This document shows, piece after piece, positions 28,733 through 37,967 of a stretch of 64,000 nt of DNA. A program made the translations under genes and the position numbers. Below the pieces are notes generated by a model. The model made no database searches and was not told where the DNA came from. It worked only from the letters and a program-made list of their open reading frames with translations. Numbering within the stretch: the first letter of the stretch is position 1; every line of letters begins with the position of its first letter. The DNA comes from Candidatus Multivoradales bacterium (GTDB lineage Bacteria > Acidobacteriota > Thermoanaerobaculia > Multivoradales > J023), in contig CBDFLE010000006.1 in the NCBI GenBank assembly GCA_965248925.1, positions 3,360,001 through 3,424,000 of the forward strand, written 5' to 3'.

Positions 28733-31168
28733 ATGGGCGATTTTGCGAGAGACCTTCGTCACGCTCTGCGGATTTTTCTAAGGCGCCCGACTTTTACTCT
28801 GGCGGCGCTACTCGCTCTCGGCCTTGGGGTGGGCGCCAACACTGCCATCTTCAGTGCCTTCGACGCGGTCCTGCTGACTCCGCCGGACTACCCCGAGCCC
28901 GAGCGGCTGGTGCGGTTGTGGGAAGTCAACCCAGCCAAAGGGCAGACCGCTAGCCCGATGTCGCCGGTGGCCTTTGCCGATATCTCGCAGCGCAGCAAGA
29001 GCTTTGCGGGCCTGGCCGGTTGGTGGTTTCCCGATCACAACCTGACCTCCGGGGAGGGCGATCCGGAGCGGGTGCGGGCGATCAACACCACGGATGCGTT
29101 CTTCGATGTGTTGGCTGTTCTGCCGCAGCTGGGCAGGGGTTTCGCGCCTGGCGAAGACGCTCGAGGTCGGCCCTTGATCGCGGTTCTCAGCCATCGGCTC
29201 TGGCAGCGTCGCTATGGTGGCCGTGGGGATATTCTCCAGCAGCAAGTCCGGCTCGACGGCCGGGACTATCAGATTGTCGGCGTCATGCCGCCGGGATTCG
29301 ACTTTCCGCGACAGACCGATGCCTGGTTGCCACTGGGCTGGAATCCTGCCAATCACAGCCGTTCCGCGCGCTTTTTCAATGTCGTTGGCCGGCTGGCGCC
29401 GGGGGTCAGTGTTGGTGCCGCCAAGGCTGAGGTAGCCGATATCGCGGCCTCCCTCGCTCGCGATTTTCCGGCTAGTAATGAAGGCTGGGAGGCGCGGCTC
29501 GAAACGGTCCCTGACGACCTGGTTGCAGAGGTCCGCGGGCCGTTGCGGCTGCTGCTCTGGGCAGTGTTCGTGGTGCTTCTGATCGCTTGTGTCAACGTTG
29601 CTAACCTGCTCCTCGCTCAGGCGGCATCGCGGCAACGGGAGGTAGCTCTGCGTGGTGCCTTGGGGGCCGGACGCTGGCGCTTGGTGCGCCAGTTTCTCAC
29701 TGAGAGTCTGGTTCTCGGTCTCGGCGGTGGACTGCTCGGCCTGGGATTGGCTTACGCTGGCATTCGCTTGCTGAGGGCGCTGGCGCCGAGCGGTACTCCG
29801 CGCATCGAAAGCCTGTCGATAGATTGGCGGATGCTGGGTTACACCTTGGTGGTGGCGCTGTTCAGCAGTCTGCTCTTCGGCCTGGTGCCGGCGTTTTTCG
29901 GTACTCGGGTGAAACTGGTGGATTCGCTCAAGGAGGGTGCCCGCAGCGTAGCCGGCGGCTCGCGACGCTGGTTGCGAGATGGCCTGGTGGTGCTGGAGGT
30001 GGGGTTGGCGGTGGTCTTGATGCTGGCGGCCGGATTGTTGGTGCGGAGCTTCTATCAAGTGCTGGCGGAGAGCCCCGGCTTCAGTCCCCAGAATCTGCTG
30101 TCGTTCAATGTTCAATTGCCGCGGTCGACCTATGAGGAGTGGTCGGCGGTGACTTCATTCTACGACCGCTTGGTCGAGCGCCTGGCAGGCAAGCCGCAAG
30201 TCGAAGGCTCGGCGGTGACTAGCTTTCTGCCCCTGGAAGCCGGTTGGCGGATCAATTTTCTGATCGATGGCCAAAGAGAGGAGAGCGATCGCGACCAGCC
30301 GGAGGCGCAATATCGACCGGTGTCGCCGGGCTATTTTCGGCTGCTCAGTATTGCCCTGCTCGAAGGGCGTGACTTCAGCAATCACGACGATGCCGATCAG
30401 CCCGGGGTAGTGATCCTCAACCGAGCCGCCGTCGACCGCTACTTCGCTGGCCAGAGTCCGCTGGGGGAGATACTCGGTGGCCAAACCCGTGCCATTGGGC
30501 CGCTGGGCCGGGTGCTCACCGAGGGGCTCGAAGTCGAGGTTGTGGGCGTGGTGGCCAATGTCAAGAACTCGGCTCTCGAAGCGGCGCCAGAGCCAGCGAT
30601 CTATTTTCCTCAGCGCCAGTTCGCCTACCGGGCAATGAATGTGATGGTGCGGGTGCGGGGAGATCTCAACACTGCACTTGCCGCCGTCCAAGCGGCGGTT
30701 TGGGAGCTTGATCGTCAGCTACCGTTGGCGGATCTGCGCACCCTCGAGCAGCGCCTCGATGCGGCGGTGGCCAAGCGCCGTTTCGTCATGCTGCTGCTCA
30801 GTGCCTTTGCCATCCTGGCCCTGTTGCTGGCGGCCATCGGAACCTACGGCGTGATGTCCTACATCGCCGGTCAGCGGCGTCGCGAAATGGGCATCCGCAT
30901 CGCCTTGGGCGCTCGACCCGGAGATGTCCTGCGCTTGCTGGTGAGCCGGGGGCTGTTGCTGGCGGTTCTCGGCGCGGTTCTCGGCCTGGTGGTTGCCTGG
31001 CCCTTGCGGGGTTATCTCAGCGAGCAGCTCTATGGCGTGGCGACCACTGACTGGCCGACTCTGGTGGGAGCCCTGAGCCTGCTGCTCTTGGCTGCCCTGC
31101 TGGCATCTTTCCCGCCGGCGCAGCGCGCCGCCCGGCGTGATCCGTCGGCGGCTCTGCGATTGGAGTGA
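28733..31168 (+). CDS. ABC permease, ADOP family (duplicated MacB/FtsX)
   Basis: LGLGVGANTAIFS, LLIACVNVANLLLA, REMGIRIALGA. Confidence 0.95.
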   Translation: MGDFARDLRHALRIFLRRPTFTLAALLALGLGVGANTAIFSAFDAVLLTPPDYPEPERLVRLWEVNPAKGQTASPMSPVAFADISQRSKSFAGLAGWWFPDHNLTSGEGDPERVRAINTTDAFFDVLAVLPQLGRGFAPGEDARGRPLIAVLSHRLWQRRYGGRGDILQQQVRLDGRDYQIVGVMPPGFDFPRQTDAWLPLGWNPANHSRSARFFNVVGRLAPGVSVGAAKAEVADIAASLARDFPASNEGWEARLETVPDDLVAEVRGPLRLLLWAVFVVLLIACVNVANLLLAQAASRQREVALRGALGAGRWRLVRQFLTESLVLGLGGGLLGLGLAYAGIRLLRALAPSGTPRIESLSIDWRMLGYTLVVALFSSLLFGLVPAFFGTRVKLVDSLKEGARSVAGGSRRWLRDGLVVLEVGLAVVLMLAAGLLVRSFYQVLAESPGFSPQNLLSFNVQLPRSTYEEWSAVTSFYDRLVERLAGKPQVEGSAVTSFLPLEAGWRINFLIDGQREESDRDQPEAQYRPVSPGYFRLLSIALLEGRDFSNHDDADQPGVVILNRAAVDRYFAGQSPLGEILGGQTRAIGPLGRVLTEGLEVEVVGVVANVKNSALEAAPEPAIYFPQRQFAYRAMNVMVRVRGDLNTALAAVQAAVWELDRQLPLADLRTLEQRLDAAVAKRRFVMLLLSAFAILALLLAAIGTYGVMSYIAGQRRREMGIRIALGARPGDVLRLLVSRGLLLAVLGAVLGLVVAWPLRGYLSEQLYGVATTDWPTLVGALSLLLLAALLASFPPAQRAARRDPSAALRLE

Positions 31169-31175
31169 CCCGCTG

Positions 31176-32210
31176 TCAGACCGGCCTGGTTCCGCCGCCG
31201 AATAGTTCTTGAAAACGCTCGCGGTTGGCGACTTGGTCGAAGGCTGTGAAGCGCTGGTGAAAACGCTCCCGCTCTTGCCGTTGCCGCTCGGCGAGGTACT
31301 TGAGCAGCCGGGCGACAACTTCTGCGGTGGCACTGCCGGCTGGGTGGCTGGCGGCGAGTTGGCTGCTGCAGCCGCGCAGGTGGTGCTGCTGAACCTCCAA
31401 GTCATTGAATTCGCCGAGTACTTCTTGCAGCTGTTTGAGTTCTCTGATCAGTGATCGCATCCCGGCTTCCGGGTACAGGCTGTAGAACAGTTCCAATAAG
31501 TAGCGCAGCTTCTTACCCTGGATGCGCAGCCGGTGCACGGCTTCGGGCGCGGTCCGTGGGTCGATCTTGCGCCCGCGCTGGGCGAGTCTGCGGTAGGTCT
31601 TCCAGATCTGTGCGCTGGCGACCTCCAGCACCGGTTGCCGGGCGTTTGGGGCCGCCGCTACCTCGCCTTCTGGCACCGGGTGGTCGAGAAACTCGCCCCA
31701 GGTTTGCACCAGATCGGTGTAGCGCTGGCTAGCAAGAGCCTGCGCCAGGATCTTCTGCTCGCCGACTTGGTGTCGCTTTAGTAGCTCGACCAGGGGTTCC
31801 AAAGCATGACCTTGAGCACCGTCGAGATGGGCGCTATGGCCCGGTAGCTGCAAGAGAAAGACATCGAGGTCGCGAGTCGGGCCGCTGATTCTGCCCAACC
31901 AAGCGAAGTCCTTCTTGAATCTCCCGGTCGCGGCCGGCGAGAAAACTCCCGGAACTTGACTCAACGCCGAGCGGGTGCGTCTGACGGCGACGCGGAAGTC
32001 GTGCAGGAATTCCGCGTCTAGATCGCGCCGGGCGCCGTCCTCATTGAGCCGCAGAACCTTGAGCAACGCCCGGTAGAGAACTTTGCAGGCGACATCGGCC
32101 CTCCAGGTGGGTCCGAGGGCGATCCGGGGCTTGGAATCGTAGTCGGGCGGTCGATGTATGGAGAGAGTTGGGCTCTCGGTGGCTGGCGGCATGATATTGG
32201 TGGTGATCAT
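31176..32210 (-). CDS. CHAD domain protein
   Basis: EFLHDFRVAVRRTRS, RDLDV, HRLRIQGKKLRYLLE, QEVLGEFND; RBS AAGGAG before the ATG at 32210. Confidence 0.9.
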   Translation of the reverse strand: MITTNIMPPATESPTLSIHRPPDYDSKPRIALGPTWRADVACKVLYRALLKVLRLNEDGARRDLDAEFLHDFRVAVRRTRSALSQVPGVFSPAATGRFKKDFAWLGRISGPTRDLDVFLLQLPGHSAHLDGAQGHALEPLVELLKRHQVGEQKILAQALASQRYTDLVQTWGEFLDHPVPEGEVAAAPNARQPVLEVASAQIWKTYRRLAQRGRKIDPRTAPEAVHRLRIQGKKLRYLLELFYSLYPEAGMRSLIRELKQLQEVLGEFNDLEVQQHHLRGCSSQLAASHPAGSATAEVVARLLKYLAERQRQERERFHQRFTAFDQVANRERFQELFGGGTRPV

Positions 32211-32239
32211 ATCTCCTTGTTCGACGTTTCCTGGCCGCG

Positions 32240-32746
32240 CTATTCGAAACCTGCTCTGGCCAGCAGCTTCGGGGTCACCAGCCAGATCAACTGGCCGTGG
32301 CCGAATCTGACCTCCCGCCAGCTGTCTACCGGCACGTCGAGTCGCGCCACCGCGGCGGTCACCATGCGCACATCGCCGCCACCGGAGAGGTGCCATACAG
32401 AGGCGGACCAGCCCGGTTCGTGGCCGGCGAGTAGGACGCTGGAGTAACCGTCGGCCTGGCGGTGAATCTCCTGCAGCACCTCTTGAGGAGCACCCAGGTA
32501 GAGTTCTTCGCGGATCTCGATCGGACAGGACCAGGCGCCGGCTCGAGCGGCGTGTTCGACGGTCTGCCGAGCGCGGGTCGCCGACGAGCACGCCACCGTT
32601 TCGGGCACTTCCCTGGCAGCGGCCAGGAAACGGCCGATGCGCTCGGCGGCGGTGCGCCCGCGGGCATTCAACGGCCGGTCGTGGTCGACGCTGGTGGCAG
32701 CATCCCAGTCGGATTTGGCGTGGCGTAGAAGGAATATCGTCTTCAT
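32240..32746 (-). CDS. sixA: phosphohistidine phosphatase SixA family
   Basis: LLRHAKSDW, DRPLNARG, SSATRARQT, GHEPG. Confidence 0.9.
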   Translation of the reverse strand: MKTIFLLRHAKSDWDAATSVDHDRPLNARGRTAAERIGRFLAAAREVPETVACSSATRARQTVEHAARAGAWSCPIEIREELYLGAPQEVLQEIHRQADGYSSVLLAGHEPGWSASVWHLSGGGDVRMVTAAVARLDVPVDSWREVRFGHGQLIWLVTPKLLARAGFE

Positions 32747-32799
32747 TCTGTTAAGCTTCCTCGGTTAGGGACCGTGCGTCCCGACCTTTTGGAGGCACC

Positions 32800-34995
32800 A
32801 TGGTAGAGCATGCAGTAGTGCAGCGAACAGGCCCGGTCGCAGTCGTGGCCGAGGCCGGTGAAGAGGCCGCTGAAAAGGCCGTGGAAGAGATCGCGGTCGA
32901 CCTCGATCAGCCGAGCCTCTTCACCAATCGTGAACTCAGCTGGTTGGCGTTCAATCGTCGGGTGCTGGAGGAGGCACTCGACCCTTCCCATCCGTTGCTC
33001 GAGCGGGTTAAGTTTCTCGCGATTTTCGCCGCCAATCTCGACGAATTCTTCATGATCCGGGTTTCCGGGCTGGGGCGCCAACTCGAGGCCGGGACCTTGT
33101 CCGCGCCTCCTGACGGCATGACCCCAGCCGAACAACTGAAGGCGATTCGCGAGCAGCTCGATCCGCTGCTTGAGCAGGTTTCCAGCTGTTGGCGACAGGA
33201 TCTCTTGCCCAAACTGCGGCAGCAGGAAATCCGTGTCCTGAGCTATTCCGAGCTCAAATCGAAACAACGTAAGTTGTTGCGTAAGCTGTTCAAGCGGCAG
33301 ATCTTCCCCGCTTTGACGCCGCTGGCTTTCGACCCTGGACACCCCTTTCCCCACATCTCCAATCTGAGCATCAATCTGGCGGTGGTGGTGCGCCATCCAG
33401 ACCGTGGCGAGTGCTTCGCCCGGCTCAAGGTGCCGCAGATGTTCCCCCGGCTGTTGCCGATTCCCAGCGAAGCAACAGCCGGCTCTTACGACCAGCTCGG
33501 CCTCTCGGATCCGACGGCCAACACCTTTGTTTGGATTGAGCAGGTGATCGCTGCCAACCTCGATCTACTTTTCCCGGGGATCGAGGTCGAAGCCTCCTTT
33601 GTCTTCCGGGTGACCCGTGATGCCGATTTCGAGATCGAAGAGGACGAGGCCGGTGATTTGCTGGCGGCGATGGAAGAGGTGGTGGGGCAGCGCCATTTCG
33701 GCTACGCGGTGCGCTTAGAGGTCGACCAGCGGATGCCCAGCCAGATGCGGGATATGTTGATCCAGAATCTAGGACTGGCGCCCTATCAGACCTTCTCGCT
33801 GGCCGGGCCGATTGGCAAAGCCGCCATCATGGAACTCACCAAGGTGGATCGGCCGGAGCTCAAGGACCCTCCTTTCTTGCCCTATGTGCCGAGCGTGCTG
33901 AGCACTGACGAGAGCCTGTTTTCGGTGCTACGGCGGCGCGATCTGCTGCTCTACCACCCCTACGACAGCTTCAATCCAGTGGTCGACTTTCTGCGCGCCG
34001 CCGCCCGCGATCCGCAGGTGATGGCGATCAAGCAGACCCTTTACCGCGTCGGTCCCGACTCGCCGATCGTGCAGGCGCTGATGGAAGCGCGCGAGAACGG
34101 TAAGCAGGTGGCGGCGTTGGTCGAGCTCAAGGCGCGCTTTGACGAGACCAACAACATTGTCTGGGCACGGGCCTTGGAGCGCGCCGGGGTGCATGTGGTC
34201 TACGGCGTGTTGGGGCTCAAGACTCACGCCAAGATGTGCTTGGTAGTGCGGCGCGAGAAAGAAGGGTTGCGGCGCTATGTCCACCTCGGCACCGGCAACT
34301 ACAACCCGGTGACGGCGCGGATCTACACGGATCTCGGCTATCTGACTTGCAATCCGGCGATCACCGCCGACGTGGCGGATCTGTTCAACAAGCTCACCGG
34401 CTATTCGCTCAAGCAGACCTACCGCAAGTTGCTAGTGGCGCCGAAGGGGATGCGCGAGCGGCTGGTCGAACGCATTGACCGCGAGATCGTCCATCAGCGG
34501 CGAGACGGCTGCGGTGAACTGGCATTCAAGTGCAATGCCTTGGCCGACCAACGGATCATCCAGGCTCTCTACCGTGCCTCGCGCGCCGGGGTGCGAATTG
34601 ACTTGCAGATCCGCGGCATCTGTTGCCTTCGGCCGGGCCTGGCAGGGGTTAGCGACAACATCGTCGTCACTTCGATTGTCGGCCGTTTTCTAGAACATTC
34701 GCGGATCTTCTACTTTCACAACGGTGGTGATGAGGAGATTCTGCTCGGCTCCGCGGATCTCATGCCACGCAACCTTGGGGGTCGCGTGGAGGTCTTGTAC
34801 CCGGTCGAAGACGAGGCGATTCGGCGGGCGCTGAAAGAGCAGATCTTGCTGCCCCACCTGGCCGACACTCGGCGCGCTCGGCGGCTGCTCGCGGACGGCA
34901 CCTACCAGCCCCTGGACGGGCGAGACGGTGAGCTCTTGGTCGATTCTCAGCAACAGATGTTGGAGCATCGCGGCCCTTGGCTGGTCGATTCCTGA
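32800..34995 (+). CDS. ppk1: polyphosphate kinase 1
   Basis: NRELSWLAFNRRVL, HPFPHISN, LKTHAK, GTGNYN, GRFLEHSR. Confidence 0.97.
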   Translation: MVEHAVVQRTGPVAVVAEAGEEAAEKAVEEIAVDLDQPSLFTNRELSWLAFNRRVLEEALDPSHPLLERVKFLAIFAANLDEFFMIRVSGLGRQLEAGTLSAPPDGMTPAEQLKAIREQLDPLLEQVSSCWRQDLLPKLRQQEIRVLSYSELKSKQRKLLRKLFKRQIFPALTPLAFDPGHPFPHISNLSINLAVVVRHPDRGECFARLKVPQMFPRLLPIPSEATAGSYDQLGLSDPTANTFVWIEQVIAANLDLLFPGIEVEASFVFRVTRDADFEIEEDEAGDLLAAMEEVVGQRHFGYAVRLEVDQRMPSQMRDMLIQNLGLAPYQTFSLAGPIGKAAIMELTKVDRPELKDPPFLPYVPSVLSTDESLFSVLRRRDLLLYHPYDSFNPVVDFLRAAARDPQVMAIKQTLYRVGPDSPIVQALMEARENGKQVAALVELKARFDETNNIVWARALERAGVHVVYGVLGLKTHAKMCLVVRREKEGLRRYVHLGTGNYNPVTARIYTDLGYLTCNPAITADVADLFNKLTGYSLKQTYRKLLVAPKGMRERLVERIDREIVHQRRDGCGELAFKCNALADQRIIQALYRASRAGVRIDLQIRGICCLRPGLAGVSDNIVVTSIVGRFLEHSRIFYFHNGGDEEILLGSADLMPRNLGGRVEVLYPVEDEAIRRALKEQILLPHLADTRRARRLLADGTYQPLDGRDGELLVDSQQQMLEHRGPWLVDS

Positions 34996-35055
34996 GCTAC
35001 GCACAGTTCTCGGTGTTTCAGTTGCGAAAAGAGTGCCCTCTACTTTGGAGATTCC

Positions 35056-35763
35056 ATGCGATTCGACCTGCCGCTCGAGCGCGGTGTGCTGATCTTGCGT
35101 TATAAGAGATTCCTGGCCGATGTTGAGCTGGAAGATGGCTCGCGACTGACCGTGCACTGTCCGAACTCGGGTTCGATGAAGGCTTGCTCTGAGCCCGGTC
35201 GACCGGTGATCATCTCGGACTCCGGCAACCCGAAGCGCAAGCTGCGCCACACTCTCGAGATGATTCGAATGGGCCGCACTTGGGTCGGGGTCAACACTGT
35301 TAATCCCAACCGCGCGGTGGCCGAGTTTATAGCCCGCGGGCGAATTGACGAGTTGCGGGGATATGGCGAGCTGCGCCGCGAAGTGCCCTACGCCGGTCGC
35401 AGCCGGATCGACTTGCTGTTGCGCGATCCGGCCGGCAGTCGTCGGGATGCCTACGTCGAAGTCAAGAATGCCACCTATCGCGATGGTCAGCATGCCGCCT
35501 TTCCCGATGCGGTCACCGAGCGGGGCCGCAAGCACTTGCAAGATCTGGCTGAGATGGTGCGCCAAGGACATCGGGCGGTGATGTTCTTCTTCGTCGGTCG
35601 CGCCGACTGCCATCGCCTGCGACCGGCCGATGAGATCGATCCGGCCTATGGCCAAGAGTTGCGGCGGGCGCAAGCGTCGGGCGTCGAGCTGCTGGCCTAT
35701 CGTTTTCGCTTTAGCCCCAGCCGTGGTATCGAGTTGGCAGGACGGTTGCCGATCGATCTTTAG
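35056..35763 (+). CDS. sfsA: DNA/RNA nuclease SfsA
   Basis: RYKRFLADV, HCPNSGSM, VEVK, FPDAVTERGRKHL. Confidence 0.95.
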   Translation: MRFDLPLERGVLILRYKRFLADVELEDGSRLTVHCPNSGSMKACSEPGRPVIISDSGNPKRKLRHTLEMIRMGRTWVGVNTVNPNRAVAEFIARGRIDELRGYGELRREVPYAGRSRIDLLLRDPAGSRRDAYVEVKNATYRDGQHAAFPDAVTERGRKHLQDLAEMVRQGHRAVMFFFVGRADCHRLRPADEIDPAYGQELRRAQASGVELLAYRFRFSPSRGIELAGRLPIDL

Positions 35764-35871
35764 CCCGCTCCAGCTGGCAGCATCCGCAATGCTAGACTCC
35801 GGGCCGCTTTAGAGGTTTTTCTCGGACCCAATCTGGCTGGCGACAGAAGCTGGCCGAGTGAGGTGTGGACG

Positions 35872-37431
35872 ATGGCGGACGACTCTGCGAAGGCTACCGC
35901 GCCGGCTAGCCGCGGCTGGCTCGACAAGGCGCTCAACGGGATCGAAGTGGCGGGCAACAAACTGCCGGATCCGGCGGTGCTGTTTCTATTGCTGATGTTC
36001 TTGGTTTGGATTGTCTCGGCGTTCCTGGCGCCGATGGACTTTTCGGAGATCGATCCCCGTACCAATGAGTCGATCGAGGTCAAAAGCCAGCTCAGTCCGT
36101 CGGCGGTGAGCACTTTCATGACCAGCATGATAAGGACCTTCACCGGCTTCCATCCGCTCGGTGTGGTGCTAGTGGCGCTGCTCGGCGTTGGTGTGGCAGA
36201 GCACACAGGTTTCATCAATGCCTGCTTGAAGGGCATGCTGAGCTTCACCCCGAGGACGCTTCTGACGCCCATGCTGGTGCTGGTGTCGATCGTCAGTCAC
36301 ACCGCGGCAGATGCTGGATATGTACTGGTGATCCCCCTCGGCGGGGTCATCTTCTATGCTGCTGGCCGTCATCCTTTGGCGGGTATCGCCGCCGCCTTTG
36401 CCGGTGTTTCGGGGGGGTTCTCGGCCAACTTTCTCATTTCTGGTATCGATCCGCTGCTCTCGGGTCTGACCCAGACTGGCGTCGACATTATCAATCCGTC
36501 TCACCTGGTCAATCCCGCCTGCAACTGGTTCTTCACCGCTGCGTCGAGCGTGCTGGTTATCCTGATCTGCTGGTACATCACCGACCGGATTATCGAACCG
36601 CGGCTACAGGCCACTGAGATCGACGGCGATCCAGACGAGATGCCGAAGATGGAACGGCTGACCAGCGCTGAGCGTCGTGGCATGTGGGCTGGCCTGGCAA
36701 CCTTGGTGGCCGGCCTGCTGGTGTTGCTGCTGGTAGCCCTACCCGAGGGCTCGGTGCTGCGCTCGCCGACGTCTGGCGGTTTGGCCGATCTCGATGCTTC
36801 GCTGATGCGGATGATCGTGCCCTTGATTTTCCTGATGTTCATCCTGCCGGGGATCGTCCACGGCTACGTCTCCAAGTCGATCAAGAATCATCGCGACATC
36901 ATCAAGGGTATGTCGAAGGCGATGTCGACGATGAGCTACTACCTGGTGATGGCCTTCTTCGCCTCGCTCTTCATCTACTCCTTCAGCCAGTCGAACCTGG
37001 GGGTGTTGTTGGCCATCAAGGGTGCTGATTTTCTCAAATCCCTCAACGCCCCAGCCCAGGTGACGATCGTCGGCATTATCCTGCTGGCGGCGTTGGTCAA
37101 CTTGCTGGTGGGTTCGGCTTCGGCCAAGTGGGCCTTGTTGGCGCCGATTTTCGTGCCGATGCTGATGCAGCTGGGGCTGTCGCCCGAGCTTACCCAGGCG
37201 GCCTACCGTGTCGGCGACTCGACCACCAACATCGTCACCCCGCTGATGCCCTACTTCCCCCTGGTGGTGGTGTTCTGCCAGCGTTACGTTAAGAAAACCG
37301 GTATCGGCACCGTGGTCTCGCTGATGTTGCCTTACTCGGTGACCCTGCTGATCACCTGGACGATCTTCCTGCTGATCTACTGGGGCGTGGGCTTCCCTCT
37401 GGGCCTCCAAGCCTCCTACGTTTATCCCTAG
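35872..37431 (+). CDS. abgT: AbgT family transporter
   Basis: GNKLPDP, GRHPLAGIAAAFAGVSGGFSAN, AAYRVGDSTTNIVTPLMPYFP. Confidence 0.93.
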   Translation: MADDSAKATAPASRGWLDKALNGIEVAGNKLPDPAVLFLLLMFLVWIVSAFLAPMDFSEIDPRTNESIEVKSQLSPSAVSTFMTSMIRTFTGFHPLGVVLVALLGVGVAEHTGFINACLKGMLSFTPRTLLTPMLVLVSIVSHTAADAGYVLVIPLGGVIFYAAGRHPLAGIAAAFAGVSGGFSANFLISGIDPLLSGLTQTGVDIINPSHLVNPACNWFFTAASSVLVILICWYITDRIIEPRLQATEIDGDPDEMPKMERLTSAERRGMWAGLATLVAGLLVLLLVALPEGSVLRSPTSGGLADLDASLMRMIVPLIFLMFILPGIVHGYVSKSIKNHRDIIKGMSKAMSTMSYYLVMAFFASLFIYSFSQSNLGVLLAIKGADFLKSLNAPAQVTIVGIILLAALVNLLVGSASAKWALLAPIFVPMLMQLGLSPELTQAAYRVGDSTTNIVTPLMPYFPLVVVFCQRYVKKTGIGTVVSLMLPYSVTLLITWTIFLLIYWGVGFPLGLQASYVYP

Positions 37432-37450
37432 GCGCTTCCCAGATCGATTC

Positions 37451-37490
37451 AAAGCCCGCTTGTCCGATTCGTCGGCTGGCGGGCTTTTTT
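37451..37490 (+). terminator. intrinsic terminator of abgT
   Basis: AAAGCCCGC...GCGGGCTTT followed by a T-run. Confidence 0.85.
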
Positions 37491-37579
37491 CGTTGAACTG
37501 CTGATTACAAACAGCTTCGCCGGGGTTCGGAGAAAGATCTAATCTGTAATGTTAGGCGTAATTCTGTATTGCTCTAATA

Positions 37580-37932
37580 GCGGTCGACGGGGGAAGGCCC
37601 GAGGGGTTTGCGAGGGGGAGGAAGGGCTGGGGCGGGAGAGAGACACTCTGATCAGACCCGGAGTATCGGGTCGAAGGCTCGCGGAGGGGTTTGCGAGCCG
37701 CAAAAGGAAGTCGGCGCTCGGGGCTAGCGCGCCGACTTTGATTGAGGGGGTCGCTGATTTGGCGATTTTCCCCCCTCACAGACCTGGGGTCTGAGTGAGA
37801 GAGCGCGGCTGAGCCGCAAGAGTGGGTGTGAATCCGGGAACTCTTCGGGGTATGCCAGGGGGCGATGGGGGTCGCGGGGCGAAAGAGAGAGCGAATGCTA
37901 GCGACCGCGGAGAGTTCCTGGATTAGTTTTTT
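37580..37932 (+). ncRNA. candidate structured non-coding RNA, family unidentified
   Basis: At least seven adjacent stems with G-U pairs on the + strand, AT-rich patch upstream, terminators on both sides, no credible ORF. Confidence 0.55.
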
Positions 37933-37935
37933 GAG

Positions 37936-37967
37936 AAAGGCCCTCGCGCTGTGCGGGGGCCTTTTTT
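37936..37967 (+). terminator. intrinsic terminator (probably bidirectional) between the candidate ncRNA and glyQS
   Basis: AAAGGCCCTCGC-loop-GCGGGGGCCTTTTTT; the U-G pair and longer T-run favour the + strand. Confidence 0.8.

Noticed and set aside
28808-30115. Long antisense or overlapping ORFs (also 34690..35673, 56851..57909, 59805..60626)
   Set aside because: Shadow ORFs of well-supported genes in high-GC DNA with no recognisable motifs
31176-34995. CHAD-sixA-ppk1 cluster as a novel system
   Set aside because: Known polyphosphate-metabolism gene neighbourhood
37648-37676. Hammerhead-like core CTGATCA-stem-GAAG
   Set aside because: G8 and A15.1 of the CUGANGA/GAAA core are substituted without compensation, and no stems I/III or cleavage triplet are evident
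37580-37932. tmRNA, RNase P RNA, SRP RNA or glyQS T-box
   Set aside because: Diagnostic motifs (TLD ends with CCA, GAGGAAAGUCC, SRP helix 8) were not found, and the region is downstream of glyQS, not its leader
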